Below, in pieces: positions 30,301 through 43,200 of a DNA stretch of 64,000 nt; position 1 is the first letter of the stretch; every line of letters begins with the position of its first letter. The stretch is from a virus (taxonomy: Duplodnaviria; Caudoviricetes), in IMG/VR virus record IMGVR_UViG_3300028833_000067, positions 1 through 64,000 of that record; one strand, 5' to 3'. Made by a program: the position numbers and the translations under genes. Below the pieces are notes generated by a model, which was not told the DNA's origin, ran no database searches, and worked only from the letters and a program-made list of their open reading frames with translations.

Positions 30301-33300
30301 CCTTTTTCGCACTAAGATATATATCAACATCGGTATTAGAGATTTTGTAGTTGATTTTAATACGATCTGTACTCTAGCTAAAATTATCCATGTCTGCTTT
30401 AAAAAGCCATAATACTCCTCTAAATATAACCTCTGGTTTTAAAGTAATTGTATAACAGTTATAAATATTTTGATTTTCTACAACATCTACAACATCTTCT
30501 TCTGTCCATGACTTTAAAGTAGCTGAACCTGTAGAGGTACCAGTACCTGTGGAATCATAATCTATACCTTCGCCTGGCATCATATCTTCATCTTTAATTG
30601 GCCCTTTGGCATTTGCATTCGTGAAAAGTTTTATATTTTCACGGATACTTTTCTCTACAAAAGCTTCGTTTTCTACATCTCCATAACCCATTCTACGATA
30701 AGTATTATTATCAGATGCGGTGAATTCTCCTCCAATTTTTTCAGATAAATAATAAGATTTAGTTAATACATAATAATCTTCATATTCCGTAAGCTACTTA
30801 TCATTAAACTAAACACTAATATTATCTCCTGTTTTTAATTTAAGTGAAGGTATCATTATACGAGGATAGACAAGTTCATTCTTTTCTAAGTTATCTCTTT
30901 CTACCCATTTATCTCCTTTCTATTTAACATTAACCCAACCATCCTCGGCGGGAATTGAATATGTAGTGCTCTTATACATTTTTAAAACTATTTCATTCTT
31001 ATCATTCTCAACAGTCTTCAATTGACATATTTTTCCAGTCTTATACATATTCTACAATTCTGCATCAGATAGCTAATATGCATCAATAAGCACTAATACT
31101 GGCTTAATGCTTAAACCAGTTCTCATAAATGCGATTTTCGCGCGAGAACCTATAGTATAATATTGCATATAACGTAAATCTGTTTCATTGCCTTCTGGCG
31201 GAATAGTGCTTGTGCTAGGATTAAAAGCAAAAACAAATGGTTCTTCTTTATTATTAGTATCCGCCCAACTTCGATAAGCTTCTATAAAAGTAGTAGTTGT
31301 ATCTTTATCATTCGTTAATTTGGTCAAATCAATACAAGGATAATAATATTTATCCTAATTAATTCCCGATTCATAATATAACTTATCTTCACTCTCAAAT
31401 GTAATTGAATCCCAACCTATATTGGCAAAATATTTATCAGTTATATTATTAAAGAATGTTGCTTGTGATTTTGAATACATTTTATATAATGGCAATATCA
31501 TAGTCTCACTATAATTTTTAGTAGACTCCTAATATTCATTTTCAGGCTACCAATAACTTTCGCGCAAGGCAGCACCCATCATATGCTCAAAGCGCGCAAT
31601 CTCATCTTCTTTTTCTTTTACTAATTCATCAATCTTTGCTTTTATATCATCTAAAAATGTCTTTAGTTTTGTATATCTATTAGAATATTTATCTAAGTCA
31701 GCCTTATCTTTATCTAATTTCCTTAACCAAGAATCCTTAATTTTCTCATAATACCAGTCTGGTTTATATTTAAAAGTAGCATATAAACAATTAGGGATTT
31801 CAGTACTATCTGATGCTTTACTACCACGCTTGGGCTTAAGGTTATCATCACTTATAATCTTTTCATTACTGTCTTTATCTGGATAATAGGTTCTACTCTT
31901 ATCCCATTTAACAACACAAGCGCTCTTAAAATAAGTATCCGTCTTTTTTCCTGTAGGTAAAGCCGTTGTCCACTAATCTTTAGTATCAGTATTCACTACC
32001 GTAGTAGGACTATTTGGGTCTTGTGTATCTTTCTTATAATAGACATAATATAGTTCCTTTAATGAACCTTTAGCACTAGTTGGACTTTTAATAGTAGAAA
32101 CACCATTTTTATTATAATAATTAATATAGTAATGATATATAATTTGTCCCTATGGGCAATATTTCTGCTCTTGAGTAATTACATATTTGTTTTTAATATT
32201 GGAAGGATATGTGGTTGATTTAGCATTATCTTTAAAAATATCAATCTAATCTGTTACACCCTTTGCAGAAGTGGGCGCGCTAATTGGAGTATCACTAGTA
32301 TAATATGTATAATAACTACCAGTTTTATTTCGCTTAAACAAACCTTTTACCTTATCTAAATTGCCATATTCATCATAAACAAAAATGCCGCCTGTTATTT
32401 CACTACTATTAAAGAAACTTGCGCTTTCAGCAGAAATAACCGCGTCTATAGTTTTACCAGCCATATCCTTTATATCCGCTTTATCTTTTCCTGTGATATT
32501 ATTTGAAGAAGGATAAGTAGTATTACTTTTATACTTACTAATTTCCCAAGCTGTATAATATTTATAATCCTTTGACATATTATCTACATAAGGAAAATAA
32601 GTAGTCCATTGATTTATTTCATCAGTAGTATAAATTTTAGTCTCATTATTTTTTACCTTATTATAGGTTAAAACCTTTGGCGAACCAGTTGTTAAATAGT
32701 ATAACTTACGTAAATTGGTAATATAATCTGCCGTAGTATTAGCATGGTATCCATATTTATGAGCATTATATTCAATTGTAGTAAAGCCATTTCGTTGTTG
32801 ATGGGTAATTTTTTTAATAATATAAAATCCATTAGATAATTTATTATCAGTCTTAATTTCTGCCCACTCATATTTATTGCCTTTTTTTATTCCAATATAT
32901 AAAGTAATTGTCGAGATATCTTTGTTTTCATCATCTTTTATAAGCTAATAAACCTCTCCTACCATTACATTATTATTGTTTAATGATGTTTTTTTATCTA
33001 TGGTTCCCTTATATTCTAGTATAGGAACCCATATCGTGCCAGAAACAAGTTCCTACATCTTATTATCGCCCGGCACAGAATTATTAGTATTATTTATATA
33101 ATTACTTTCATCTATGGCGCTAAAACGAATTCCATATTGTACAGTATCAAAGCTGGTAGTATGATATTCCTTATATAATTTTAAAGTCTCAGGCTATACT
33201 CCCATACACTTCTCATTCTAATTAAACTACACATAATATGTATCATACTTAGAATTAGAAGAATCTTTCATTAAAGCCATAACTTCAGGATTACGATAAT

Positions 33301-35242
33301 CTCGTGTAATAAAACCATCACTATCGCCATCGGCACTATCAAGCCCCGTAATAAAAGCCATATTTTCTGTAATTCTTTCTTCATCTAATTTAATTGACTC
33401 TTCTAGAACTTTATTCTTAGCTTTTACTTCTACTAAGACATCACTAAGATTCTTCTAAGCATTCTATAATGGCTCTAATTGGCTATTTAATTTACGCATC
33501 GTTTTTTCGTATTCTGAAATCTCATTATACTATTCCTCACTAATAGTCCCAATATCATGTAAGTAATCAAAATTCATTACATAATCTTCTTTAGTCTTAT
33601 TAGCTTCACTATCCATAATATTAATAGTTCCAGTATATAAATCTGGCGCGTCTACCGAACGCACAAACATTTTAGTAGAAATATCAGTGCTATCCATTTC
33701 TCTTGTAATTTTAGACGCAGAATTAGGATACATTAAAGTTTCTACATTTTCTCTTTCCTTTAAGAAATTATTATAGAATACAATAATGCGCCCAATTATA
33801 TTATAATTCCTATCATATAGATATTCATAGCGGCAAAAAACTTCAAATTTTTCCGCTAAATCCTAAGTTATATTATATAAGTTGCTTTCTTTTAAATCAA
33901 CTACGCGAGTCATTTCCTATAATTGAGAATAAGACGCGGGCTAACAATCATCTGTCCAGCTGTCAACATAACTTTCTACATAAATTTTATCTTCAACTAC
34001 CTCACTAGTATTAAATAAACTATCATGAGATATACGAATGTCATAATACCACTCTGTAGGATTCAATTTATTAGAATCTATTATTCCATTTGTCTTTGGA
34101 ACTGGTTTAATACGCGCACCATTCGCATAGTCTTCCATCCAATACTATAAATTACATATAGGCTATGCTGCAGCTTTCGCTTCTGCATCAGCATAAGTTT
34201 TATCAGTACCAACTTCAGCTTCCTGCCATTCATTATAAGCATTGTAAAATCCTTCAGCGGTTAAAGCACGTTTATAACCAACTTTTCCTAATTCATGAAA
34301 AGCCAATCCTTCGCAACTAACAGTACATATTAAATTATCCTATTCATGACTTTCTTCGACTTTAGTAATAAGAAATTCAAATACATTTGAAGTAAAATTC
34401 TTATAATAATTCAAATCGTCTGAAGAGAATATATCCCCTGTTGCTTTTAATTGTTCATATTCGTCTGCTAATACATGTAACTATTGAGCCCAAACTGCTT
34501 CTTTTTCAATGGTAGTATCCGTATCATATTTAGCACGAATAATCAAACCCTATGTATCCTTTAATAACAAATCTTCAATATTAGTAGGGTCTTTTTGTAC
34601 TAGCGTATCAACATATGCTGCTAATCCGCTCGTATCTATCGTCCCATTTGAACTCATAGTATATAATAAGTTCTATCCATTTTGAGGTATTGGTGTAAGA
34701 GATACAATCATATTTCCAATAGTATAGGTAGTAGTTAATAAAGTGAAATAACTGCCGTCCGCATTATGAATAATAGGACGATTCCATAAATCTACATTTC
34801 CATTTGCTGTATTAAAATATTCAATAATTTTAATTTTCTATTGAACGTTTGCGTCTTTTTCAGCCCATTTATTAAAAATAACTTTTACTTTCCGCATACT
34901 AGTTAAAATATTTCTATTTATTTCTTGCGTTTCTCCCAACTCATCCTAATAGTTTGAACCATAGTAAATATTATGTGTACTATACCAATTCGGATTTTCT
35001 ACTTTTTTCCCATTTATAAATAAATACATAGGTACTTCAAAAGTAAAATTTGATGTACCATCAATATTCAATTCCATTTTTGCGTTTTGAATCTATCCAG
35101 TAGCCCTTGCCTGCGACCAAACGATCGCAGGCAAGTTCTCACCGGAAATAGAAATTGGATCACCACTTTTTAAAGTGGCGATATAATTATCTTGAATTGT
35201 CCATACAGATACTTCATAGTTTCTAAATTTTTTCCAATCCAT
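27314..35242 (-). CDS. Giant tail-tip protein: Tal/baseplate hub, fibre and C-terminal S74 intramolecular chaperone (TAG=Gln), ~2642 aa
   Basis: AAGGAGG SD. Six track fragments share the frame. C-terminus SSILKKHDI...LEPVSFKY...LGLIYE...INYAELTPLLLKEIQKL. Follows Dit. Confidence 0.8.
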
Positions 35243-35266
35243 AGATACTTCCTCCTTTTATCTCCA

Positions 35267-37243
35267 TTATAAGTACATATATTTATATTCTAATTGTATA
35301 TGAGAAATAGGGGCTGGCAGATTGTGGAATAGACAATGTGAATAAGTTTTAGTTATTTCATTTGTTTCTTCCCATCTGGATACTCTACCTTCACTATTAA
35401 ATTCATTTTGGTCTTCTATATATAGCCAATTGGAGCGTAGCATATCTCCTACATTTTCTGTATGAGTTTTAAAATATTTTTCTTTATCTGCGCTTGTAGC
35501 GCCATCGCGTAGAACGTTATTCTCTATATTATTATCCTTTGCTACAATTTTATCAATTATATTAGTAGTACTACTATCCGATTGCCAATACTAAAACTCA
35601 CCAGTTGCTATTCCTCTTTCTGCATCAAAAGTAAAGCTCATTGAAGAACTGGGAACATTATCCCATCCGCTTATGCCATCATCCGTTGTATGGCCATTAA
35701 AGAATCTACGTAATAATTTTCTAAAAGCATATACACCAGTCCCAGCAAACTATCCATTTTCTTTAAAATATTTATAATATTTTGTTAAGGCTAAATTTGG
35801 ATTGTTATCTATATTATTGCTGTCAGATTTATTATTCTTCTATAAAAACTCCATAATAGAAATAGTAAATGCTCTAACCGCAGGATGCCTAATCTAATCA
35901 CGTAGTGTATCAACAAAATCTCGCCAATTTGGTTTATCGTCATCAGTCATTTTCCCAACTGCCTTAATCAGCGAGAGAGCCTTATTCCAACTAGTAATTA
36001 TATTAGGAGTAGTAAAATCAAATTCTTTAGTATGCTAACTCATAATTGTAATTGTAGAATAATCTTTAGCATTACTATTCCCTTTCTCAATATTAGCAAT
36101 TGAATTAGCAATTGTATTAATAGGGTTAACTTCATTATTCTCTACACTAATCTAAATAGGTACTGTAAACTTCAAAATAGTAGGACTTGGCGCATTGCCG
36201 CCATAGAAAAAGTAATATTTATTATCAGAACCCGCGTATAATTCGCCTTCTATTGCATATTGATTTGTTTCATATTCTAATGATGCCCCAGCAATGCGGC
36301 CTTGTGCAACAGCAACATGTGGTTTGTTTTCTTCAATTCGTGCGCCTATCCAATATTGTATTTCTCCATTTTCTTCTGTTATAAAATGTCCCAAAGTATT
36401 ATCTTTCCAGTTGCTAGGACGAGTACTGCCATAATTCTACGCAATTAAAGAATAAGCAACACTACTCTGTACTTGTGCAAACTATGTACCACCAAAATGC
36501 ATAGTCGAAGATACTAAATCCTATATTGGAACAGTATCTTCATAAGCAATTTTTAATGCTTCAGTTAAGCTATCAGAAGGCTATCCGCCTATCTCAAAAC
36601 CCGAAGGCAATGTAATAAAACCAGTTTCTTTATCACGAGTAAATAAATTACTTTTACCATACCAAAATGAGGAATCTGAGACAAAATCTAAATTAATAAA
36701 TCCTCGATAAGTAGTTGTACTTGTATTGAAACTCTAGCCCCCTAATTGGACTTGAATTTTTTTCTCAAACGGCATAAGATTATCTAATTCCGGCGGCGCC
36801 GATACTCGCGCCATAATAGCACGATTAGGATGCTCTGCTAAAATCAATTCACGCGTAACTCCACCGCGGAACCAGTGTAAAAATCTATCTAATTGCCGCT
36901 AATCTAAATCATCAGATACGAGTTTTAAACTTAAAGTGAAAGGAGAGAAGTGAGTTCCATGATAATACTGCCCATCCATTATATCATAGTCAGTAGTTAA
37001 ATCTTGAAATTCTGAATATCCATTACGAGAAATTCCATCTCCATCACTACAAGCAATTAAATCAAAATCTTCTATCTTTTTTCCGCCAAAAGAAAAGCTT
37101 ATAAAGGAGCGCTGACGCGCGGGGAGGAGAACCTCCCCGCGATGCGTCACCTAATAAACCTAAGTATGTCTAACTGCTTCATTTATAATATTTGATGTAC
37201 TAACACCATTTAAACTCCCATAATCTGCGTATATTGTTGCCAT
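35267..37243 (-). CDS. Distal tail protein (Dit-like) with insertions (TAG=Gln), 658 aa
   Basis: SFISFSFGGKKIEDF...DGQYYHGT...ELIFAEHPNR, C-terminal EYKYMYL. Directly after the tape measure. Confidence 0.75.
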
Positions 37244-37248
37244 CGCCT

Positions 37249-40200
37249 TTACCTCCTTACGCTATTGTTAGCTTTTGTCTTGGAAGCAATGCGAAGCATT
37301 TCATCCATTACTGTACGAGCTGCCTAGCGTGAATCATAGTCATTAGCAAGCTTATCAATATGAAGATTAACTTCTGCTTTATCAATTTGCATTGTATTAG
37401 AATTATTAGAAATTGAGTCATAAGCATTTGCTGGTAAACCTTGATAAGCCTCGTTGTAGGATTTGAGTAGATTTATTAAGGAATTAGGACGGTTGCTAAG
37501 GATGTTTTCACGAAGGATACGAGTTTGGACGGGGTTGAGGACTGCTTCTGGTTGACCTGTTTCGCCTATTAGAGCATTGGTAGGTTTATCTATTAATCCA
37601 CCAGATCCCATTACCATCATTTTTCTTGTCGTCAATCTACCTGGTTTTGTGGTTGTAGCAATGTCTGTCGGCTTTATAAGAGCTTTACCAAATGTATCTT
37701 CATTACGTTCATAGTTGCAAATTTTGCATCTTGTACCGTTCCAAACATGAGGTTTTTTATCTTTACTTCCTTTACTACCATCAGAAAAAGTAATAATTTT
37801 CCAATGATACTATTCATCCTTTCCATAAGACTTACCGTCCCATTTTCCTGCGCCCTTGCTCTTCTTACTCTTACCGCTACCTTTACCTTTATCGCTATCT
37901 TTACCTTTATCACCGGTCTTTTTACCATCGTCTTTACCAGGATCAATTTTAATATCTCCAGCTACTTTTTTCCTAATTGCGGCGACATCGCCCGGAATTC
38001 CAGCTCCCTCATCTCTGAAAAGAGCCCATTGCTAAGCTTTAAATATTGTCTAATATAAAGCTTCTTCACTAGCAACTGGTGATTTATCCCAATAGCTAGA
38101 ATCATTTTCATGAATATATCTAGCAATTTCCTAAGGACTTCTACTCATAATATCAGTAACTTCAGCCCAAAGTAATCCATGTTTTTTCTAATACTCTAAT
38201 ATTTCTGTCTCTAATTGAATCTAAGCTTCTAATTTCTCAATCTATTTATCACTCGCGGCTTGAATAGCATCAATCTATTCTTGCTGCTTATCGAAGTATA
38301 AGGAACGTTCCTAATCACTAATCTAATCATTTAGACTTGCGATTTCAGCCGCGGAGCCACCAGAACGAACTAATATATCGCGCTTATTCCGCAATCTATC
38401 TAATTCTTGCTATGAATCAGCTAACTAATACATATTTTGTTCTTTCTGTAATACATCCGTAAGTCCCTTAATATACTTCTCATTTGAACTTGAAATTGCT
38501 TCTTTAGTATCAGTTAATGCGTCAATCGCGCGCTGACGAGTATCAACAATCGCATTATAAATGCTTGTTTCAAGCTCCATCTAATTATCGCGCATTTCCT
38601 TAATTAACTCATTCTATTGCTATTCAAGTTCTTGCTACTTCTTATAGCCTTCCTCAACGGAATCATGTAATGACTACATTTCTTCCTTATCGGTATCAAT
38701 CTTCTCCCAGAAAGCCTTGACCATTGAACTGAAATCTTTACCATCAATTTCTTTACCACTATTATCATACTTCATAAATTCCTTATATTTAGGATTTAAA
38801 GCGATAATAGCTTTATATTGTTCTTCATCAGTCATATTAGGCTTTCCAGTATTCGGATCGCGGCTAGCAATCTTAGAAAGTTTCTCCATCGCGCCAGGTT
38901 TATACTTAAGTTGACCATTCTCATCAAAAGTATATAAAGCAGTAAATGGATTATTTCGAGAGTTCATCTCCGCACGACGCTTATTAAAGTATGCTTCCTA
39001 ACTTTCAGTTAAATCTTTCTAAACAGAAAGCTATTCTTGTAATGCCTCTAAGCTGTCCTTCTGGCTATGGAAGTAATCTCTACCATTTGGCGCCCATTCA
39101 GAGCTTATGCGGTTGCGGTAAGCTTCGTAGTAAGCAATATCCTTTTCTAGCTAAGCGATTCGCTGTAACCAGTTATACCACTTTTCTAGGTCTCTTAGGA
39201 ATTGGCCACCGCCGCCTCCACCGCCGCCACCGCCGCCTTTGCCCATTAAGTCCTCAACGCTTAATTGAGCTAAGGAAGCCCATTGTGCGCGTAATTGCTT
39301 TAATGCGGCTAATGCGGCTGCAGCACTTGCCATTGCAGGCCCGCCATGTATACTACCTTTAGCAAATGCTACTGCATTTTGTTCATTAGTAATTGCGTGA
39401 CCCCGACCCTTAGATGTACCCTTTTCAAGTAAGGATTTTGTTTGTAGATGATTAAATACTATTGCATCATCTGCTAGATTAACCATCTCTGGACCGTTTT
39501 GTCCTGCGACAAAGTAACGGCCGTTGGAAACCACAAGCTCGGGGCCGAGTTCACCCATTAAAGTGCCCTTTGCATTAGCAAGGCCAATATTGCCGGTTGC
39601 CTAAGTTCCTTCAGGAGTACTGCCGCTAGGTATAGTCTTTGGCAGCCCACTTGTATCTGCAATTAACTTAACTTTTGCAGTAAATGGACCAACAAGAGCA
39701 TCTAAAATAGGTTGTACACTTGGTGAAGCTAATGTTACTTTTATATCTTTTAATCCACTTTCAATTGTTGTTTTTGCATCCTTAGCAAGTTCAGGCTTAA
39801 CTGTAACCTAAGCTTCATCAGTAATAAATCTAAATCCTGATATTGAACTAACTTTAGTTCCATCTGGTAATGACCAATCAATATCACCTGTAATAGAAAC
39901 ATGCTACTATAATTGACTAACCTCGCTTCGAAGTGTCTAAAATACCTTTTGCGCTGCATTATTTAACGCATTTAAGTGTGTCGTTATAGAGCCCTATGCC
40001 TATCCAAAACGTTTTTCTAATTCAGAAATTGCGCCACTTGCTCTTGCTACCATTGCCTATATAGTTGCTGGCAAACTAGAACTAGAAATGCTTGTTTCAA
40101 TATCCTTTATAGTTGGCGCTGTTTCTACCATCTAAATTTCTTGCTTAATTGGAGGAAGAGTGGTTTCTGAGAGTTCTGAAACTTTCTATTCAGTCTGCTT

Positions 40201-43200
40201 ACTAAATTTTTCCCAAGGAGGAGTCTACTAAGGTGTATAAAAATCTGATATAGTCTATGGTTTGTATAAATCCTATTTTGGAGGATTTTCAACAGAAGGT
40301 TCATTTGGCGGTTTTACTCCCGTATCTTCATCCTCTACTATAATATTCTTAGCTTTAACCTTAATATCAATTGGGTCTTTTACTTCGAGAGCATCGGCAT
40401 CGAGAGAAATATCGGCGCCTTCAGTAACTACCTTTACTGCTGATGCCGTTGCTTCAACAGTATTCTCTAAAGTTGGGGACTATTTAGCTAATTTTGCTTC
40501 GAATGCTGCAATCTCCTCATCTGTCATGCCTGCTGCATGTGCTTCATCAACATTCACTTTACCATCTACAACATGAATGTCAACTTCAACTTCGGCTTCA
40601 CCTTTACCTTTAATAACTTTCTTTTTAATAGTAAAGGTTTTACCAGAATTACCATTCTCAAGATCCTTTCCAAGTATTGTGTCTAAATAAGCCTATAACC
40701 CGGATAAGCTATCTGAACTATGAACAGTCTTGCCGTCATTATATGTATATTTTGTAGTACCTGCAGTAATATCAATTTCTGCTTCAATTGTATAGCCACC
40801 TGAACGGAACTGCACTGTACGTTTTGCACCGGCATTCTTACCAGAAATATCTTCAAAACCTTCCATAGAAGAAGCCTCAATATATGCCTATGCTGCAGCT
40901 TGTGCACTTTCAGTACTAATATCAAAAGATTGGCCATCTAATTTCAAGGTAGTTTTAATCGTACCATCTTTTTCAATTTGAATTTCAATCTTTGCTTTTT
41001 CAGAAAGAGTAATAATACGACGTCCTGTAGTAGCATCACCTTTTTCCCATTTTCCATTATCTTTTGTATCAAGCTAATTAGCAATTTTCATATAACTATA
41101 CATGGAATCATAATTATCACCAAAATCATGTCCATCATAAACATAATGTGGAGTACCATCATTATAATAACTATATGTTAAGTCTAATCCAATTGCTCTA
41201 GTAACTTGAACAGAATACTCTTTTCCTTTATCTGTAAATGTATAAGTTCCAGTTTCAGTTTGACGTCCTTCTTTTGCTATAAGGCCCATAATAAATTCTT
41301 TAGAACCAGTTCTTTTATTATAAGTATATTGTGGTTCTCCATTATTATCTAAAGAAACCTCAATATCAATACCACTAATAGTAGTCTTACCTTTAATGAC
41401 CTGTTTGCCGTCGTTATTAAGAGCAACTTCAAAATCAAGACCTTTATCTTTATACATTGCAGCTTCGCCCATTAATGCAAGCAATTCCTTATTATTTTTT
41501 CCTTCAAATTTTTTGCCATCAAAATATCCAGTGTAGCCAGTTTTATCATCACCAGATATTACAAATTCATTTGAAGCAATACCAATTAAAGTTCGTAATT
41601 TAATTAATTCTTTACGCTGAATTGTACGTCCTTCATCCTTTTTTGTTTTATATTTATCTAATGCATCCTATATAAATGTTGTATACGCGGCCTAATCCTT
41701 AGCATATTTATTACTACCAAGATAAGTATCTACAGCTTTACGTGCATCTTCATCAGTATAGTCGATTTCAATCGCAGTTTCGCCGACAAATGTTAAGGTA
41801 CGTACTAACTTACCATCTTCCACTACATTAAAGACAAATTCAGATAAATCAACACCGCTCTATTTAAGAACTTTCTGCACACTAGCCCCAATATCATTTA
41901 AATCATAATCCCCAGAAATAGCAGCTTGATACAAACCATTTAACATAGTCTAATATGCTTCCTATGCTTTCTTTTTATCATCATCAGTTAAACCACCAAA
42001 TAAATTATCAAACATTTCCGTTTTTGTTTGGTTGTCACCTAGCATCTCCATCATAGAACGCATTTGACCGTTAAAGTTTATTTGTGTATTTTCAAAACGT
42101 TCTTTTAGTTCATCATTGCCTCTAACATACTCTAATAATTTCTGCCTTGCTTTATCAAAACCATCTGTAAATTCAGTAATTTGATCTAAAACTTCACCAT
42201 TTTCATCAGAGGTAACAAAGATATCTCCCAAATCAATTTGCGTATCCTCACCAGTAATTTCACCTAATTGTTCCATTGCCACAATAATTTCTAACATAGC
42301 AATTAAACCATCAAGCATTTTTACTTGTGATTTGGCCATCGCTTGAATGCCAGAAGTAACACTACTTTGCATCGCGGCGGTGCCAGATTGAATATCAATT
42401 GCGCTATTACGTAAATTAACTTTAAGTTCACCAGTATCAATAGCAGTTAGAGAATCGCAACCTGCTTGAATAGCTTCTGAAGCTGATTTAAGAGAACCGT
42501 CAAACTTAAGCGCACCTAATTGAATTGGCCCGCCAAGCGCGGCAATATTGTTTATTTCGGTGGCAATATTGTACCAGTCTTCATAATCAATAAATCCCGT
42601 TTTGCCTTTCTTAGTTCCACTACCAGCTTTAAAAGCATCGCGTAGAGTATGTAAAGCCTAAGTCCAATTCTTTGCATAATTTAATGGATTCTTTTGTGCA
42701 GCTGGAATTTCATTTGACATAAAGTTAAATGAATTATCTTCGGAGGTAGAACGTACTGCTAAAATCTCTTGAGCTACAGAAAGTTCAGCCTAATATTGCT
42801 ATAAGCGTGCATCAGATACTTCTCTATCTGCACTCTTAATTGCATTAGATACATCTGCAATATGAGCAATTAAGGCTGAAGTAGAAGCAAAGTTTTCATT
42901 TGTTTGTTCTAAAGAATCTTTTAATTTATCAAATACTAGGGTTGCTTGCAAACCATCAACCTGTTTAAGTGCATTATACAATGCAATTGCCGATTGTTCT
43001 GATAATTTTAATCCTTCTGCAGTTTTAGTAAAATCTATATTATTAACGCCTAAATCTTTAGCTTTAGATACTAAATCAGAAGCTTCTACATTAGTCAATC
43101 CACCTTCGATACCACTTGTAATAGCATCAACATATGCTTTAAGAATATTTTTAATTGCATCTGCTAATTCTTGGAATCCATCTTTTAAATCTAATTCTGC

